A DNA stretch of 64,000 nt from Coriobacteriia bacterium (GCA_009783085.1 WRHU01000004.1:76380-140379); one strand, 5' to 3'. Shown: positions 10,149-20,875, counted from the stretch's first letter. The notes: generated by a model not told the origin, from the sequence alone. Program-made: numbers and translations.

Positions 10149-11180
10149 CTAACGCACGTACCAGCTGGCAGGAACAAACAGGCTTTTGTAGGTTTCGGTG
10201 GCATAGCGGTCAGTCATGCTTGCTACGTAATCGCACACGGCACGTTCGGGCTTGCCCTCAGAAAGCGCAACGAGCTCGGCAGGAACTTCATTTGGGTGCT
10301 CAATATAGTAATCAAAAAGACTGCACACCAGCTTAAACGCCTTGGGTAAGGAATCGCCAGAATCAAAGGTTTTGTACACGTTCTCAAACAAGAAGCTCCT
10401 AAGTTCCATCATGGCGTCCCACGTACGACTACTCAGCGAAACATCGCCCGTGCCATCGGAGGTGGCAATCATATCCTCAACCAGCGTGGTAATGCGCTCG
10501 GAGTGACAACCCCCCAAAACTACGTGGGTTGAAAGGGGCAAATCCTGCTCAACAATGATGTTGGCACGCAGGGCATCGTCAATGTCGTGGTTTACGTAGG
10601 CAATGCGGTCAGCCGTGGCAACAATACGCCCCTCAAGGGTACGGGCCCGCTCTTTTCCTGTGTGATGGATAATGCCGTCACGCACTTCATTGGTAAGATT
10701 GAGGCCTTTTCCGTCACGCTCAATGATGTCAACAATGCGCAGCGATTGTAAATTGTGCTTGAACAGCTGAGGATTTGTTTCGGGGTCAAGCCCGTGGTAG
10801 CGAGCCAACGAATACGAGAGCGCATCTTCTCCCACGTGCCCAAACGGCGTGTGCCCTAAATCGTGTCCATAGGCGATGGCCTCGGCAAGATCCTCGTTAA
10901 GCCCAAGAGCGCGGGCAATTGAGCGAGAAATCTGTGCTACTTCAAGCGTGTGGGTTAAGCGGGTGCGGTAGTGATCGCCCTCTGGAGCAACAAACACTTG
11001 CGTCTTGTGCATGAGCCGGCGAAACGCCTTAGTGTGCACAATGCGGTCACGGTCGCGTTGAAACGCCGTTCTAAACGGATCATGGTCAGCCTCACCCTGC
11101 CGTGTTGCCACATCAGAAAACGTCGCATGAGCGCTGAGGATTTCATGTTCGAGTTGTTCTCGTTGTTCACGGTTTATCAT
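10149..11180 (-). CDS. dgt: dGTP triphosphohydrolase (HD domain)
   Basis: Motifs FQRDRDRIVH, HYRTRLTHTLEV, HDLGHTPFGH.GE and AYVNHD.DD. Confidence 0.93.
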   Translation of the reverse strand: MINREQREQLEHEILSAHATFSDVATRQGEADHDPFRTAFQRDRDRIVHTKAFRRLMHKTQVFVAPEGDHYRTRLTHTLEVAQISRSIARALGLNEDLAEAIAYGHDLGHTPFGHVGEDALSYSLARYHGLDPETNPQLFKHNLQSLRIVDIIERDGKGLNLTNEVRDGIIHHTGKERARTLEGRIVATADRIAYVNHDIDDALRANIIVEQDLPLSTHVVLGGCHSERITTLVEDMIATSDGTGDVSLSSRTWDAMMELRSFLFENVYKTFDSGDSLPKAFKLVCSLFDYYIEHPNEVPAELVALSEGKPERAVCDYVASMTDRYATETYKSLFVPASWYVR

Positions 11181-11217
11181 TTAAGGCCCATCAAGTTCGT
11201 CTAGCTCATCAGGTCCA

Positions 11218-11931
11218 TCAAAGACCCAGTGCTTTTTTGAGTGCAGTAACACGCCTGCGCGAAACGGGTATCTCCTCGCTTTCGCCTTTGAGCGAAAGCA
11301 AAAGCGTGCCTCCACTCACGGGAGTTATCTCCTCAACACAGGCAAGATTAACTAAGTAGCGACGATGGACACGAAAGAACCCAAAGGACTCAAGTTTTGT
11401 TTCCAGCTGAGCAAGAGAAACCGTTGAAAGGTAGCGGTCTTGTTCGGTATAGAGATAGGAATAATCATCGCGTGCCATGATATAACAGATGGTGCCTACC
11501 GCAATAAGTCTACGCTTGCCGTTTTTCTCGACAGGTATGCGCTCATTGATGCCACTGGTAGCGTAAACAGACACAAAATGCTTGACACGTGCGAGTGCCT
11601 TGACCAGGCGCTCTGTTTCAACGGGCTTAAGAAGGTAATCTACTGCGCTTACATCAAAAGCTTCGGTGGCGTACTCGCTGTAAGCGGTAACAAACACAAC
11701 GGCAGGAGGGTACTTAAGGCGCTCAAGGGCCTCTGCAAGCTGCAAGCCATTTGCACCAGGCATCTGAATGTCCATAAACATGACATCAGCACCTTTATCC
11801 TTTAGGCACTCGATAGCTTCACGCACGTTTGCGGCCTCAGCGACAACTTCAACGCCTCCAGCTTCGTCCAGCAAAAAACGCAACTCTGAGCGAGCAGGAG
11901 CTTCGTCATCAACTATTATCGCTTTTATCAT
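11218..11931 (-). CDS. LytTR-family response regulator
   Basis: Receiver domain (VDDE, FMDIQMP, YLLKP) plus LytTR domain (FFRVHRRYLVN, IPVSRR). Confidence 0.94.
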   Translation of the reverse strand: MIKAIIVDDEAPARSELRFLLDEAGGVEVVAEAANVREAIECLKDKGADVMFMDIQMPGANGLQLAEALERLKYPPAVVFVTAYSEYATEAFDVSAVDYLLKPVETERLVKALARVKHFVSVYATSGINERIPVEKNGKRRLIAVGTICYIMARDDYSYLYTEQDRYLSTVSLAQLETKLESFGFFRVHRRYLVNLACVEEITPVSGGTLLLSLKGESEEIPVSRRRVTALKKALGL

Positions 11932-13213
11932 TCTCAACCGTCCTCAATTTATTAAACAAGCCAAGGGTCAAAATTACCGTCGTGCCTTCTCCCAGTTTAG
12001 ATTGTACCTCAAGCCCCGCACCTGCGCCAAATAAACTGCGGAGACGCTCGTCAACGTTGCGCAATGCGATACCTGCGTGCTCACGATTTGGGTCAAGCAT
12101 CTGCTGTTGCTCGGTGGCGCTTATGCCAACACCGTCATCTGCAACGGTGATTTTTACTATGCCATCAACGCTGGCAGCGCGCACAGAAATATGAAGCGGT
12201 CTTTCAGCGTGTAGGGCATGGGCTACCGCATTTTCTACGAGGGGCTGCAGCACAAAAGCCGGAACCATAATATGCCTGAACTCAGAGGGAATGTCCCAGT
12301 CAATCGAGATGCGCTCGGCACCAAAACGAGCAACTTCAAATCCAAAATAGCGCAACGTTTGGAGGTATTCTTGCTCAAGCGTAATAAGGTCAAGCGAGCC
12401 CTCAAGCGTGCGACGATAAAACACCGCAAACTCTCTGAGCAGCACACGCGCCTGTTTGGGGTCGGTGCGAGTAAGGGCTGCAATGGTATTGATGGTGTTA
12501 AAGAGAAAATGAGGGTTTATCTGCGCCTGCAAGGCCTTGAGGCGCATCTGCGTGGCGAGCTCCCGCTGGTATTCAAGGTCGGCGAGCTGCAACTGCATCT
12601 CGAGCAAAGCGCCCAAACCCTGTGCCATTGCCTTTTGTGTTTCGTCAATTTTTTTTGCCGAGCGATAGTAAAACTTAAGAACGCCAGCTGGCTCTTCATG
12701 CACGGTCAAGGGAACAACAATAGCCGCCTGCAAGCTTGAATAGGTTTTAGGAAACCCAATGTCTTCTTGCGAGGTGATTACCCGCATTTCTCCGTCTTTC
12801 AACGTAGCGAGCGTTGCCTTGGTCATAACCGGCGAACCAACCTTGTGAGATTCTTTTTCTGCTCCAGCAAAACCCATGATGAACTCTCGGCTGGTAATGG
12901 CAACGGCATTAGCGAGCGTAGCAGGCAACAAAAGCTTGCAAACCGCTTGTGCAGAATCCTCCGTAAGGCCTTGGCGCATAAAGGGCAGCGTGTTTGCCGC
13001 AAGGCGCAAGGTTCGTTCACTTTGCCGGGCACGCAGTCTGTCGGGGTCAATGAAGTAGCGAAACGAAAACACAAAAAGGAGAAATAAGGCGGCAAGGCAC
13101 AACACAAAAATAACCGGGTGCCCGTCGGTGAGCACCACAGCAAGCGTAACTATGATAATGAGGGCAATCGCACCCGAGAGCACGAGTTTAAGACCTGAGG
13201 GACGTTGCTTCAT
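11909..13213 (-). CDS. LytS-type membrane sensor histidine kinase
   Basis: Two N-terminal TM helices, a GAF-like region, LQAQINPHFLFNTINTI, LQPLVENAV and a G-box; overlaps the response regulator gene. Confidence 0.93.
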   Translation of the reverse strand: MKQRPSGLKLVLSGAIALIIIVTLAVVLTDGHPVIFVLCLAALFLLFVFSFRYFIDPDRLRARQSERTLRLAANTLPFMRQGLTEDSAQAVCKLLLPATLANAVAITSREFIMGFAGAEKESHKVGSPVMTKATLATLKDGEMRVITSQEDIGFPKTYSSLQAAIVVPLTVHEEPAGVLKFYYRSAKKIDETQKAMAQGLGALLEMQLQLADLEYQRELATQMRLKALQAQINPHFLFNTINTIAALTRTDPKQARVLLREFAVFYRRTLEGSLDLITLEQEYLQTLRYFGFEVARFGAERISIDWDIPSEFRHIMVPAFVLQPLVENAVAHALHAERPLHISVRAASVDGIVKITVADDGVGISATEQQQMLDPNREHAGIALRNVDERLRSLFGAGAGLEVQSKLGEGTTVILTLGLFNKLRTVENDKSDNS

Positions 13214-13306
13214 GTTCTTTTCTTGACCACCTTGCTTGACACGTTAATTGTCATTATGCAGCAGCTGCACCAGCGTACTAGGTGCTACCACCGCTGCGCC
13301 ACACGC

Positions 13307-13370
13307 CTAGCTACACTAGCTACACATCTAGCTACACGTCCAGTTACACTAGCTACACATCTAGCTACGC
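13307..13370. repeat. Intergenic tandem repeat, six units of CTAGCTACA(CAT)
   Basis: Units start at 13307, 13316, 13328, 13340, 13349 and 13361. Confidence 0.85.
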
Positions 13371-14183
13371 GCTTATGTTCTTTACCAGCAACAAAACAGC
13401 GCTCACACATAACAGGATACCAAAAGCAGCACGCAGGGGGCGTTCGGGGAGCTTTGCCGCAAGCCACGCTCCCAGCTGTGCGCCGGGTATGGTTCCCACA
13501 ATAAGCGCAAGACCATACAGCCACGCAATTTGTCCCAACATGCCGTGCGCTATGATACCCGGTATGGCAATAATGCTTATCGCCAAAAGCGACGTTCCTG
13601 CCGCTTCTTTTAGGGAAAAACCGAGTACCGCAACACAAAAGGGCACGATAATAAAACCGCCGCCGATGCCAACCAATCCTGCCGTAAGACCAGCAATCGC
13701 CCCGAGAACTATAAAAAGTGCAGAGCGTTTGCGAAGGTCTGATGCTTTTTGGGCTGCTTGCTCGGTGCCAGTGGTAGGAGTGAAGGACTTCTCCCGGGCT
13801 TTTAAAATCATCGTAATGGCACTGTAGAGAATAACCGCCACCGTAATGAGCACCAAAACAAGTTCTGGAACCGAGCCAGCAATGAGCGAACCAATCACCG
13901 AAAAACAGGCACCGGTAAGACCGATGATAATTCCCACTTTGAAATGAATAGTTTTTTGGCGCAGATGCCTCAAAGCCCCTGAAAGCGCAGTGGGCACAAT
14001 GGTAAAAAGTGACGTAGCCGTAGCAGCTATCATGGGTAAGCCAAACGCCAGATTATACAAAGGCACAATCAACGTACCGCCGCCGATGCCAAACATACCC
14101 GAAAGCACGCCAATAGCAAAACCACACAACACTATAAGCAGCACCATCTGCGGCTCAAAACTTATTGCGTCAACAAACTGCAT
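13365..14183 (-). CDS. TauE/SafE (sulfite exporter) family membrane protein
   Basis: Twofold internal repeat G..SG..GIGGG.L.VP and multiple TM helices. Confidence 0.9.
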   Translation of the reverse strand: MQFVDAISFEPQMVLLIVLCGFAIGVLSGMFGIGGGTLIVPLYNLAFGLPMIAATATSLFTIVPTALSGALRHLRQKTIHFKVGIIIGLTGACFSVIGSLIAGSVPELVLVLITVAVILYSAITMILKAREKSFTPTTGTEQAAQKASDLRKRSALFIVLGAIAGLTAGLVGIGGGFIIVPFCVAVLGFSLKEAAGTSLLAISIIAIPGIIAHGMLGQIAWLYGLALIVGTIPGAQLGAWLAAKLPERPLRAAFGILLCVSAVLLLVKNISA

Positions 14184-14208
14184 TGTTAGTAAAACCCTCT
14201 GAGCTCAT

Positions 14209-15453
14209 CTAGGCTCTCACTGAGGGGAACCCCTGTGACGAGCCCTGCGGCGCAGCCTGCAATGGGGCGCCCGTTAGGATTGAGCGCATAAGGGGGTCTG
14301 CTTCAAAAGCAGCAACAATATGCGGCCAACCACTTTGGAACTCGTAGTATTTCATGCAGAACGTTTCGGCATATTCTTTTGCCTCACGCTGCGCCACCAT
14401 TGCGGCATGGAAATAACCTTTACGATCTTTTGGTCGACCAATAATGCGCAAAACAGCCGTAATGAAAACACGCCCCGATACCGAATGCTCCAAAAAGGGA
14501 CCAGGATACGGGTCAAGCGTATGCGACTGAATGGGAATTAGGTCAATTTGCGATTTAGCGTATTCGAGCTTGCGGTGCTCATACACCCAGCGATAAATGT
14601 CTTGCCTAAAGCGCTGCGCCTCGGTACGATTTGGCGGCGGAAGGTGCGTTGCATGCCACTGATTGTCAAACCACACATCACCACCATACATGCGCACGTT
14701 AAGCAGATAGTCCAAGTCCTCACCGCGCGATATCCACGGGTCAAAAGAAACACGCCTAAACGCCTCACGATGGATAATGCCCAGGCCCCCATAAAAGCCA
14801 TTTGACCGAGAAAGCCGACTACCTCGCATCGCCTTAGTAATCCAGGCGTTAAACAACTCGCCCTGCTGCCAAAAACGGTCGTACCATTTGCGGGTATTTG
14901 ATGACTTCCAGCTCCCCTTGCTGTCAAGGAAAAATCCTGTTTTAACAAGAATGGGCACACCCTTTGGTGTGAGCTTTCCTAAACCGTAGAGCGCTTTTTC
15001 GATAAACTCGTCGTCTTCGATAATCTCATCATCATCAATAAATATGCACTCGGTGTAGCCACCGGCTGCCGCAACAATAAGGCCAAGATTACGCATGGCT
15101 CCGTAACCACTGAGCGCAATAGTTTCCTCGAGGTCATAAAATCCAAGAGCTTCGGCGCGCTGATAAAACTGCTGCAAGACCTCGTCGTCGATGACCGTTA
15201 TGTTAAGCGTGTCGGCAAAGGCACTCGCAATGCCCCGTATTTTATTTGATGCCGCTTGTTCATAGCGCCCCTCGGCAACCACGAGGAGGAAAATGGGCAA
15301 AGTAACGCCCCTCTCTCGCAGCGAAATAAGACAGCGACTGAGCTCACCTTGATGCGTAAGCGGCGTTACGTGGTCATAGGTTTCGATAACGTCGTCGCTG
15401 ATTGGCTTACGGCTCCCACCCACGTAAGTTGGTACGATAATAACAGGATTCAA
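14209..15453 (-). CDS. GT-A fold (GT2-like) glycosyltransferase
   Basis: IIVPTY start, IFIDDDE (DxD) and GEDLDY motifs. Confidence 0.65.
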   Translation of the reverse strand: MNPVIIVPTYVGGSRKPISDDVIETYDHVTPLTHQGELSRCLISLRERGVTLPIFLLVVAEGRYEQAASNKIRGIASAFADTLNITVIDDEVLQQFYQRAEALGFYDLEETIALSGYGAMRNLGLIVAAAGGYTECIFIDDDEIIEDDEFIEKALYGLGKLTPKGVPILVKTGFFLDSKGSWKSSNTRKWYDRFWQQGELFNAWITKAMRGSRLSRSNGFYGGLGIIHREAFRRVSFDPWISRGEDLDYLLNVRMYGGDVWFDNQWHATHLPPPNRTEAQRFRQDIYRWVYEHRKLEYAKSQIDLIPIQSHTLDPYPGPFLEHSVSGRVFITAVLRIIGRPKDRKGYFHAAMVAQREAKEYAETFCMKYYEFQSGWPHIVAAFEADPLMRSILTGAPLQAAPQGSSQGFPSVRA

Positions 15454-15489
15454 GATGGCTCCTTACTGGTGGTCGTGGTGGTTGCCAAA

Positions 15490-16875
15490 CTAAAAAGTAA
15501 GCGTTTCAAGACGTTCAAAAAGTATGCTTCGATCTTCAAGAAAGTTCCACGGGTCAAACAGTTCGTCAAGTTGCTGCGGGGTAAGAGATTTTGCGCGCTC
15601 GTCAGCAGCAATGCGTTCTTTATAGCTTGGCCCTGAGCGTGCCTGCTGAATATCGTCCCAAACGGTCATAGCGTTGCTCTGAACAATGTCATACGCTTCC
15701 TCACGCGTAATGCCCGTATCAACAAGGGCCAAAAGCACCTTGCTCGAATAGATGAGCCCTCGGGTGCGGTCAAGATTTGCTTGGCAATTCTCAGGGTAAA
15801 CCACAAGTCCTTCTAAAATCCACTGCGCTTTGGCAAGAATATAATCAAGGGCAATAAAGCTATCGGCAAGAGCGATGCGCTCAGCGCTGCTGTGCGAAAT
15901 GTCACGCTCATGCCACAGGGCCACGCTGTCAAACGCCACCTGTGCGTTCGCTTTGATGTTGCGCGCCATACCGCAGATGCGCTCGGCGGTAATGGGATTG
16001 CGTTTATGGGGCATGGCTGATGAACCTTTTTGGCCTTTGGTAAAGGGCTCTTCGGCTTCAAGCGTATCGCTTTTTTGGAGCGCTCGTATTTCTGTCGCAA
16101 TATGTTCAAGCGTTGCTGCTGTAATGGCAAGTGCTGAGGCAACGTGGGCGTGATTGTCACGCGCAATAACCTGTGTAGAAAGCGGGTCGGCCGTAAGTCC
16201 CAGCTTCTCGCATATATACTCCTCCACAAAGGGATCTATGCTTGAATAGCTTCCTACTGCACCAGAAATAGCACCGCGCGCAGCAGACAAATCTCGTGCC
16301 TGTTTTAGGCGCTCCTCCGCACGCTTAAGTGCCCAAGCCCACGCGCCAAACTTCATACCAAAGACCATGGGCTCAGCATGAATACCGTGGGTACGTCCTA
16401 CGCATAAGGTGTCTTTGAACTCAAAGGCTCGCTTTTTGGCAGTATCACCGAGTTTGCGCACGCCTTCCAAAATGAGGTCAAGTGCCTGCGTGATTTGACA
16501 ACATAATGCCGTATCACCCAAATCTGATGAGGTCATTCCATAGTGGACCCAGCGGGAAGGCTTAGGCTCTCCCTCTGCGATACCAGCGTCTAAGTATTCT
16601 GCAACATTGGTTAAAAAAGCGATAACATCATGGTTGAGCGTTGCTTCAAGTTCGTCGATGCGCTCAACGTCAAAATTGGCATTCTCGCGAATGAAGCGTG
16701 CTTCCTCTAAAGTGATGCCCGATGCCTTGGAGTTTGACTTATTGGCTTTGGCAGTCTGTGCCCCCAGCTCTGCCTGTGCCTCGCACGCAAGCGTTTCTAT
16801 CTCAAGCCACACCCGATATTTATTCTCAAGGCTAAATATCGCACCCATCTGCGGACGGGTATATCGGTCAATCAT
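15490..16875 (-). CDS. purB: Adenylosuccinate lyase
   Basis: MIDRY start, HYGMTSSD, GRTHGIHAEP and the GSSAMPHKRNP signature. Confidence 0.97.
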   Translation of the reverse strand: MIDRYTRPQMGAIFSLENKYRVWLEIETLACEAQAELGAQTAKANKSNSKASGITLEEARFIRENANFDVERIDELEATLNHDVIAFLTNVAEYLDAGIAEGEPKPSRWVHYGMTSSDLGDTALCCQITQALDLILEGVRKLGDTAKKRAFEFKDTLCVGRTHGIHAEPMVFGMKFGAWAWALKRAEERLKQARDLSAARGAISGAVGSYSSIDPFVEEYICEKLGLTADPLSTQVIARDNHAHVASALAITAATLEHIATEIRALQKSDTLEAEEPFTKGQKGSSAMPHKRNPITAERICGMARNIKANAQVAFDSVALWHERDISHSSAERIALADSFIALDYILAKAQWILEGLVVYPENCQANLDRTRGLIYSSKVLLALVDTGITREEAYDIVQSNAMTVWDDIQQARSGPSYKERIAADERAKSLTPQQLDELFDPWNFLEDRSILFERLETLTF

Positions 16876-16942
16876 AAAATCTCCCTGCTCTTTTTACCTC
16901 GGTAGTACGCTTTTTCTATAGTACCACGGTTCGAGGTCAAAA

Positions 16943-18328
16943 TTACAGCTGAGCTTGGATACGTTCAGTAGCTTTTTGTGTTTGTTGTATGGCGCGCTCA
17001 ATGTCTATGGTGGTCCAAATGCCGTCCTTAAACAGCACGGCACCGTCAACCATAGTCAACACGACCTCGGTGCCCTGTGCGGAGAAAACAAGGTTGTTGA
17101 GCACGTTGGTGGTTGGCTGTAACCACGGCTGATTGGTATCAAGCACCACAAGATCGGCACGGTTTCCTGTTTGTATCGAGCCGCAGTCAAAACGACCCTG
17201 TGCATGGGCACCGTTGATAGTTGCCGTTGCCAAAGCCTGTGGTACGGTAATCACCGTTGGGTCACCCGTTGAGCCCTTGTAAAGCAGCGCAAAGAGATAA
17301 AGTTCCCGCAGCATATTGTGACTATTGTTGCTTGCCACACCGTCAGTTCCGAGCGCCACGTTAACACCCGCAGCCAGCATTTGAGGAGCGGGGGCAAAAC
17401 CGCTGGCTAGCTTCATGTTGCTGGCAGGACAGCAGACAACGCTTACGTTTTGCTGGGCAAGAATGTCCCAGTCGCTTGGCTCAGTGTGCACGCAATGCGC
17501 CGCCGTACAGGGTGCTTCAAAAAAACCAAGAGCATCAAAGTATTGCGTTGGGGTCTTGCCGCCGTTGCGCTGTTTGCACTCCTCGTGTTCGCTTTTAGTT
17601 TCAGACAGATGAATGTGCGTTTGTACGCCGTGCTGTGCGGCAGCGCGCCCGACCGCCTCAACAACGCGGGGTGTGCTGGTGTATTCACCGTGAATATTGA
17701 GTTCAATTTTGAGTCGTCCGTCAAGCGTGTTGTGATGCTGCGCTATAAGTTCGTCGTCGATTTTTTTATTGGGAAGCTCCTCATACGTGCGCTCATCAAA
17801 ACAGACAATGCCCGAGCACAGATTAGCCTTGATACCACTTTCTTTGATGGCGTTAATGCGAGCCTCGTTAAAAAAGTACATATCGGTCATGCTCACCGTG
17901 CCAAAACGCAGCATCTCGGCAAGAGCAAGCTGCGTGGCAAAGTAGGCATCCTCGTTTGTGATTTTCTCCTCAAAGGGGAACACGCGGGTGTTGAGCCAGT
18001 CGTGGAGCGAGAGGTTTTCTGCATAACCGCGAAGCAAGGTCATGGGTGCGTGGGTATGGGCGTTATAAAGTCCCGGAAGAAGGAGTTTGTTGGTGCCGTC
18101 GTAGCGTTCACCAAAATCATAGGAGGGCTTTTGTGCGGGCTGCGTGGGCTGTGCGGTTTGTGCGGGCTGGGGCTGTGTGAGCTCGCAACGAGGAGGAGTA
18201 GAGCTGGTGGGGTCAACGCTCATGGGGTCATTCTCGCCAACATAGGTGATGTAGCCGTTCTCGACGCCTACAAATCCCTGTTCAATTTCAAAATTGCTAT
18301 TCAAATAAGCGATATTTGAAAAGAGCAT
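16943..18328 (-). CDS. Amidohydrolase, 5'-methylthioadenosine/SAH deaminase-like
   Basis: Motifs PGLYNAHTH, HIHLSET, AAHCVH, SNMKLASG and LGTDG..SNN. Confidence 0.85.
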   Translation of the reverse strand: MLFSNIAYLNSNFEIEQGFVGVENGYITYVGENDPMSVDPTSSTPPRCELTQPQPAQTAQPTQPAQKPSYDFGERYDGTNKLLLPGLYNAHTHAPMTLLRGYAENLSLHDWLNTRVFPFEEKITNEDAYFATQLALAEMLRFGTVSMTDMYFFNEARINAIKESGIKANLCSGIVCFDERTYEELPNKKIDDELIAQHHNTLDGRLKIELNIHGEYTSTPRVVEAVGRAAAQHGVQTHIHLSETKSEHEECKQRNGGKTPTQYFDALGFFEAPCTAAHCVHTEPSDWDILAQQNVSVVCCPASNMKLASGFAPAPQMLAAGVNVALGTDGVASNNSHNMLRELYLFALLYKGSTGDPTVITVPQALATATINGAHAQGRFDCGSIQTGNRADLVVLDTNQPWLQPTTNVLNNLVFSAQGTEVVLTMVDGAVLFKDGIWTTIDIERAIQQTQKATERIQAQL

Positions 18329-18375
18329 ACTTTTTCTCCCATCGAACCCGCAGAGCGTCCGCTTCTGCTTCTACG

Positions 18376-19638
18376 CTACGACGCAACCACACGAGCAAAC
18401 TTGCGCTTGCCCACCTGCACAATCACACCTGCAAGCTGGGAAGGTTCAAGATGATACTCCCCTTTTGCAAGGGCTTCTCCGTCAATTTTAACGCCACCGC
18501 CGTCTATGAGCCTACGCGCTTCTCCAGCACTTGTTGCAAAGGAAAGCTCAACCAACACCGCGGGAACATAGATACGTCCGTCATCTCCCGGTGCTGTAGT
18601 CAAGGTGTGCTCAGAAATGTCTTCTGGCGCAGCATGTTGCTTAAAGAGCCGATCAAAAGTTTCCTCGGCAGCAACGGCAGCATCAGCACCATAATAAGCG
18701 GTGACAATATTTGCCGCAAGCTGGCGCTTGATGATGTTAGGGTGCAGCTCCCCTGCCGCAAGACCTGCAATTATTTTTTCGACCTCAAGCGGCGGTATCG
18801 TTGAGGCAAGATAAAAATAACGCTCCATAAGCTCATCAGGGATGCTCATAACCTTGCCAAACATATCGTCTGGTGCATCGGTAATACCAATGTAGTTGCC
18901 ATAGCTTTTCGACATTTTTTGCACACCGTCGGTACCCTCTAGCAAGGGCAAGGTAAGGCACACCTGCGGCTCCATGCCCATTTTTTCCATAAGTTCGCGC
19001 CCCGCAAGCAGGTTAAAGAGCTGGTCGGTGCCCCCGAGTTCCATGTCGGCGTTTACCTGAACACTGTCGTAGGCCTGCATAACGGGATATAAAAACTCAT
19101 GAAGCGAGATAGGCTGCTGGGCTTTGTAGCGATTAGAAAAGTCGTCACGCTCTAAGATGCGTGCCACCGTAAACTGTGCAGCAAGCTTGAGAATTGCGTG
19201 CAGATCAAGGGGCATAAGCCAGTTGCCATTCCACACCAGTTCGGTTTTTTCTTTATCAAGTATTTTGAAGGCTTGATCAACGTAGGTTTGAGCGTTTGCT
19301 TCAATTTCGTCAGGCGTAAGCGGCGGGCGGGTTGAATTACGACCAGAGGGGTCGCCCACAAGTGCGGTGCCATTACCAATAATCAAAACCACCTGATGCC
19401 CTAAATCCTGCAGCTGTCTGAGCTTACGCAAGGGAACGGCATGTCCCAAATGTAAGTCGGGTGCGGTGGGGTCAACACCAAGTTTGATGCGCAGCGCTCG
19501 ACCCGACTTAAGCTTTGTTTTTAGTGCCTCAACAGGAACAATAGTCGCCTCTCCACTTTGGATAATATGAAGTTGCTCCTCAACCTGCTGCTCGCTTAGT
19601 GTTGTGGTCTTGTCGTTTGTCTTATCTGTTGCCGACAC
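18376..19638 (-). CDS. tyrS: Tyrosine--tRNA ligase
   Basis: GVDPTAPDLHLGH (HIGH-like), KMSKS and a C-terminal S4 domain; probable GTG start at 19638 after GGAG. Confidence 0.97.
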   Translation of the reverse strand: MSATDKTNDKTTTLSEQQVEEQLHIIQSGEATIVPVEALKTKLKSGRALRIKLGVDPTAPDLHLGHAVPLRKLRQLQDLGHQVVLIIGNGTALVGDPSGRNSTRPPLTPDEIEANAQTYVDQAFKILDKEKTELVWNGNWLMPLDLHAILKLAAQFTVARILERDDFSNRYKAQQPISLHEFLYPVMQAYDSVQVNADMELGGTDQLFNLLAGRELMEKMGMEPQVCLTLPLLEGTDGVQKMSKSYGNYIGITDAPDDMFGKVMSIPDELMERYFYLASTIPPLEVEKIIAGLAAGELHPNIIKRQLAANIVTAYYGADAAVAAEETFDRLFKQHAAPEDISEHTLTTAPGDDGRIYVPAVLVELSFATSAGEARRLIDGGGVKIDGEALAKGEYHLEPSQLAGVIVQVGKRKFARVVAS

Positions 19639-19874
19639 CGTTCTCTCCACTCTTTTTAGTCGTCTTGCCGCTACAAATGTTGTCGCTTTAACTGTCGCAA
19701 AAATCTCGCTTTGGTAACCAGCCGCTTGCACGTATGGCAATGGTTTCATAGAACCGCTATTATACCGTTAAAGCTAATGTCGCGCTGTAGCGACACGAGT
19801 GTGTTTGCAAGGACTTTGTTTTGTGTGAGCATACTGTTCGCGCAAATACCACGATAAAAGAAAGCGAGTGAGGC

Positions 19875-20858
19875 ATGAAAGTTTTAGTTGTGGGTGGAGC
19901 GGGTTACATTGGAAGCCATGCAGTTTATGAGCTCATTCGTGCAGGACACGAAGTTGTTGTATACGACAATCTTTCAACGGGACATCGAGATGACGTTCAT
20001 GCACAGGCGCGTTTTGTGCAGGGCGATATTCGTGATAAGAAAACGCTCGCTGCCTGCCTGCAAGCCGAGAACGCAAACAAACCTTTTGACGTTGCCATGC
20101 ATTTTGCCGCCAAGCTCATTGTTCCCGAAAGTCTAAGCGAGCCACTTGCCTATTATGAAAACAATGTCGAAGGCGTGCGCGTACTGCTTGAGGTACTGGC
20201 AGAGACAGGAGTTAAAAACTTTGTGTTCTCGTCCACCGCTGCGGTCTATGGCGAGCCCGAAAACGGCGTGTGCAAAGAGGACGACTACACAGTTCCGATA
20301 AACCCCTACGGCGAAACCAAGCTTGCTGCTGAACGCATGATAACGTGGGTTTGCGCGGCACACAATATGAATTATTGCATCTTGCGGTACTTTAACGTTG
20401 CCGGTGCTGATGCCTCGCTCGAGATTGGGCTTGAAAAAGATACGCTTACTTGGATTGTTCCCCTTGTCATGCAGGCGGCACTTGGCATACGCGACAAGCT
20501 CTCTATTTTTGGCAGCGACTATAACACGCCCGATGGCACCTGCATACGCGACTATATCCACGTTACCGATCTGGCAAAAGCTCACATTCTTGGAGCAGAA
20601 TACCTGCTCAAAAACAACGACTCGCTGTTGGTAAACTTGGGAAGCGGCAGTGGTTATTCTGTGCGCGAGGTGGTTGACGCCGCACAAGAAATGTTTGATT
20701 TTGAGTACGAATATGTTGAGCGTCGCGCGGGTGACCCTGCCAAGCTCACAGCAGACATCAGCCGTGCAAAAGAGTTGCTGGGTTGGAAACCTGAGCTTTC
20801 GCTTAGAGAAATGCTTAAAAGCGACTACGACTACCGTAAAAAAAAGAGCAATAAGTAA
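19875..20858 (+). CDS. galE: UDP-glucose 4-epimerase
   Basis: Motifs GGAGYIGSH, FSSTAAVYG, YGETK (YxxxK), LRYFNVAGA and IRDYIHV.DLA. Confidence 0.96.
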   Translation: MKVLVVGGAGYIGSHAVYELIRAGHEVVVYDNLSTGHRDDVHAQARFVQGDIRDKKTLAACLQAENANKPFDVAMHFAAKLIVPESLSEPLAYYENNVEGVRVLLEVLAETGVKNFVFSSTAAVYGEPENGVCKEDDYTVPINPYGETKLAAERMITWVCAAHNMNYCILRYFNVAGADASLEIGLEKDTLTWIVPLVMQAALGIRDKLSIFGSDYNTPDGTCIRDYIHVTDLAKAHILGAEYLLKNNDSLLVNLGSGSGYSVREVVDAAQEMFDFEYEYVERRAGDPAKLTADISRAKELLGWKPELSLREMLKSDYDYRKKKSNK

Positions 20859-20875
20859 TAAACAGAGGGATAAAA

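Noticed and set aside
17450-18319. 289-aa plus-strand ORF (and similar long antisense ORFs at 20133, 30391 and 53796)
   Set aside because: They lie fully opposite well-supported genes and have no motifs or SD; they are shadow frames.
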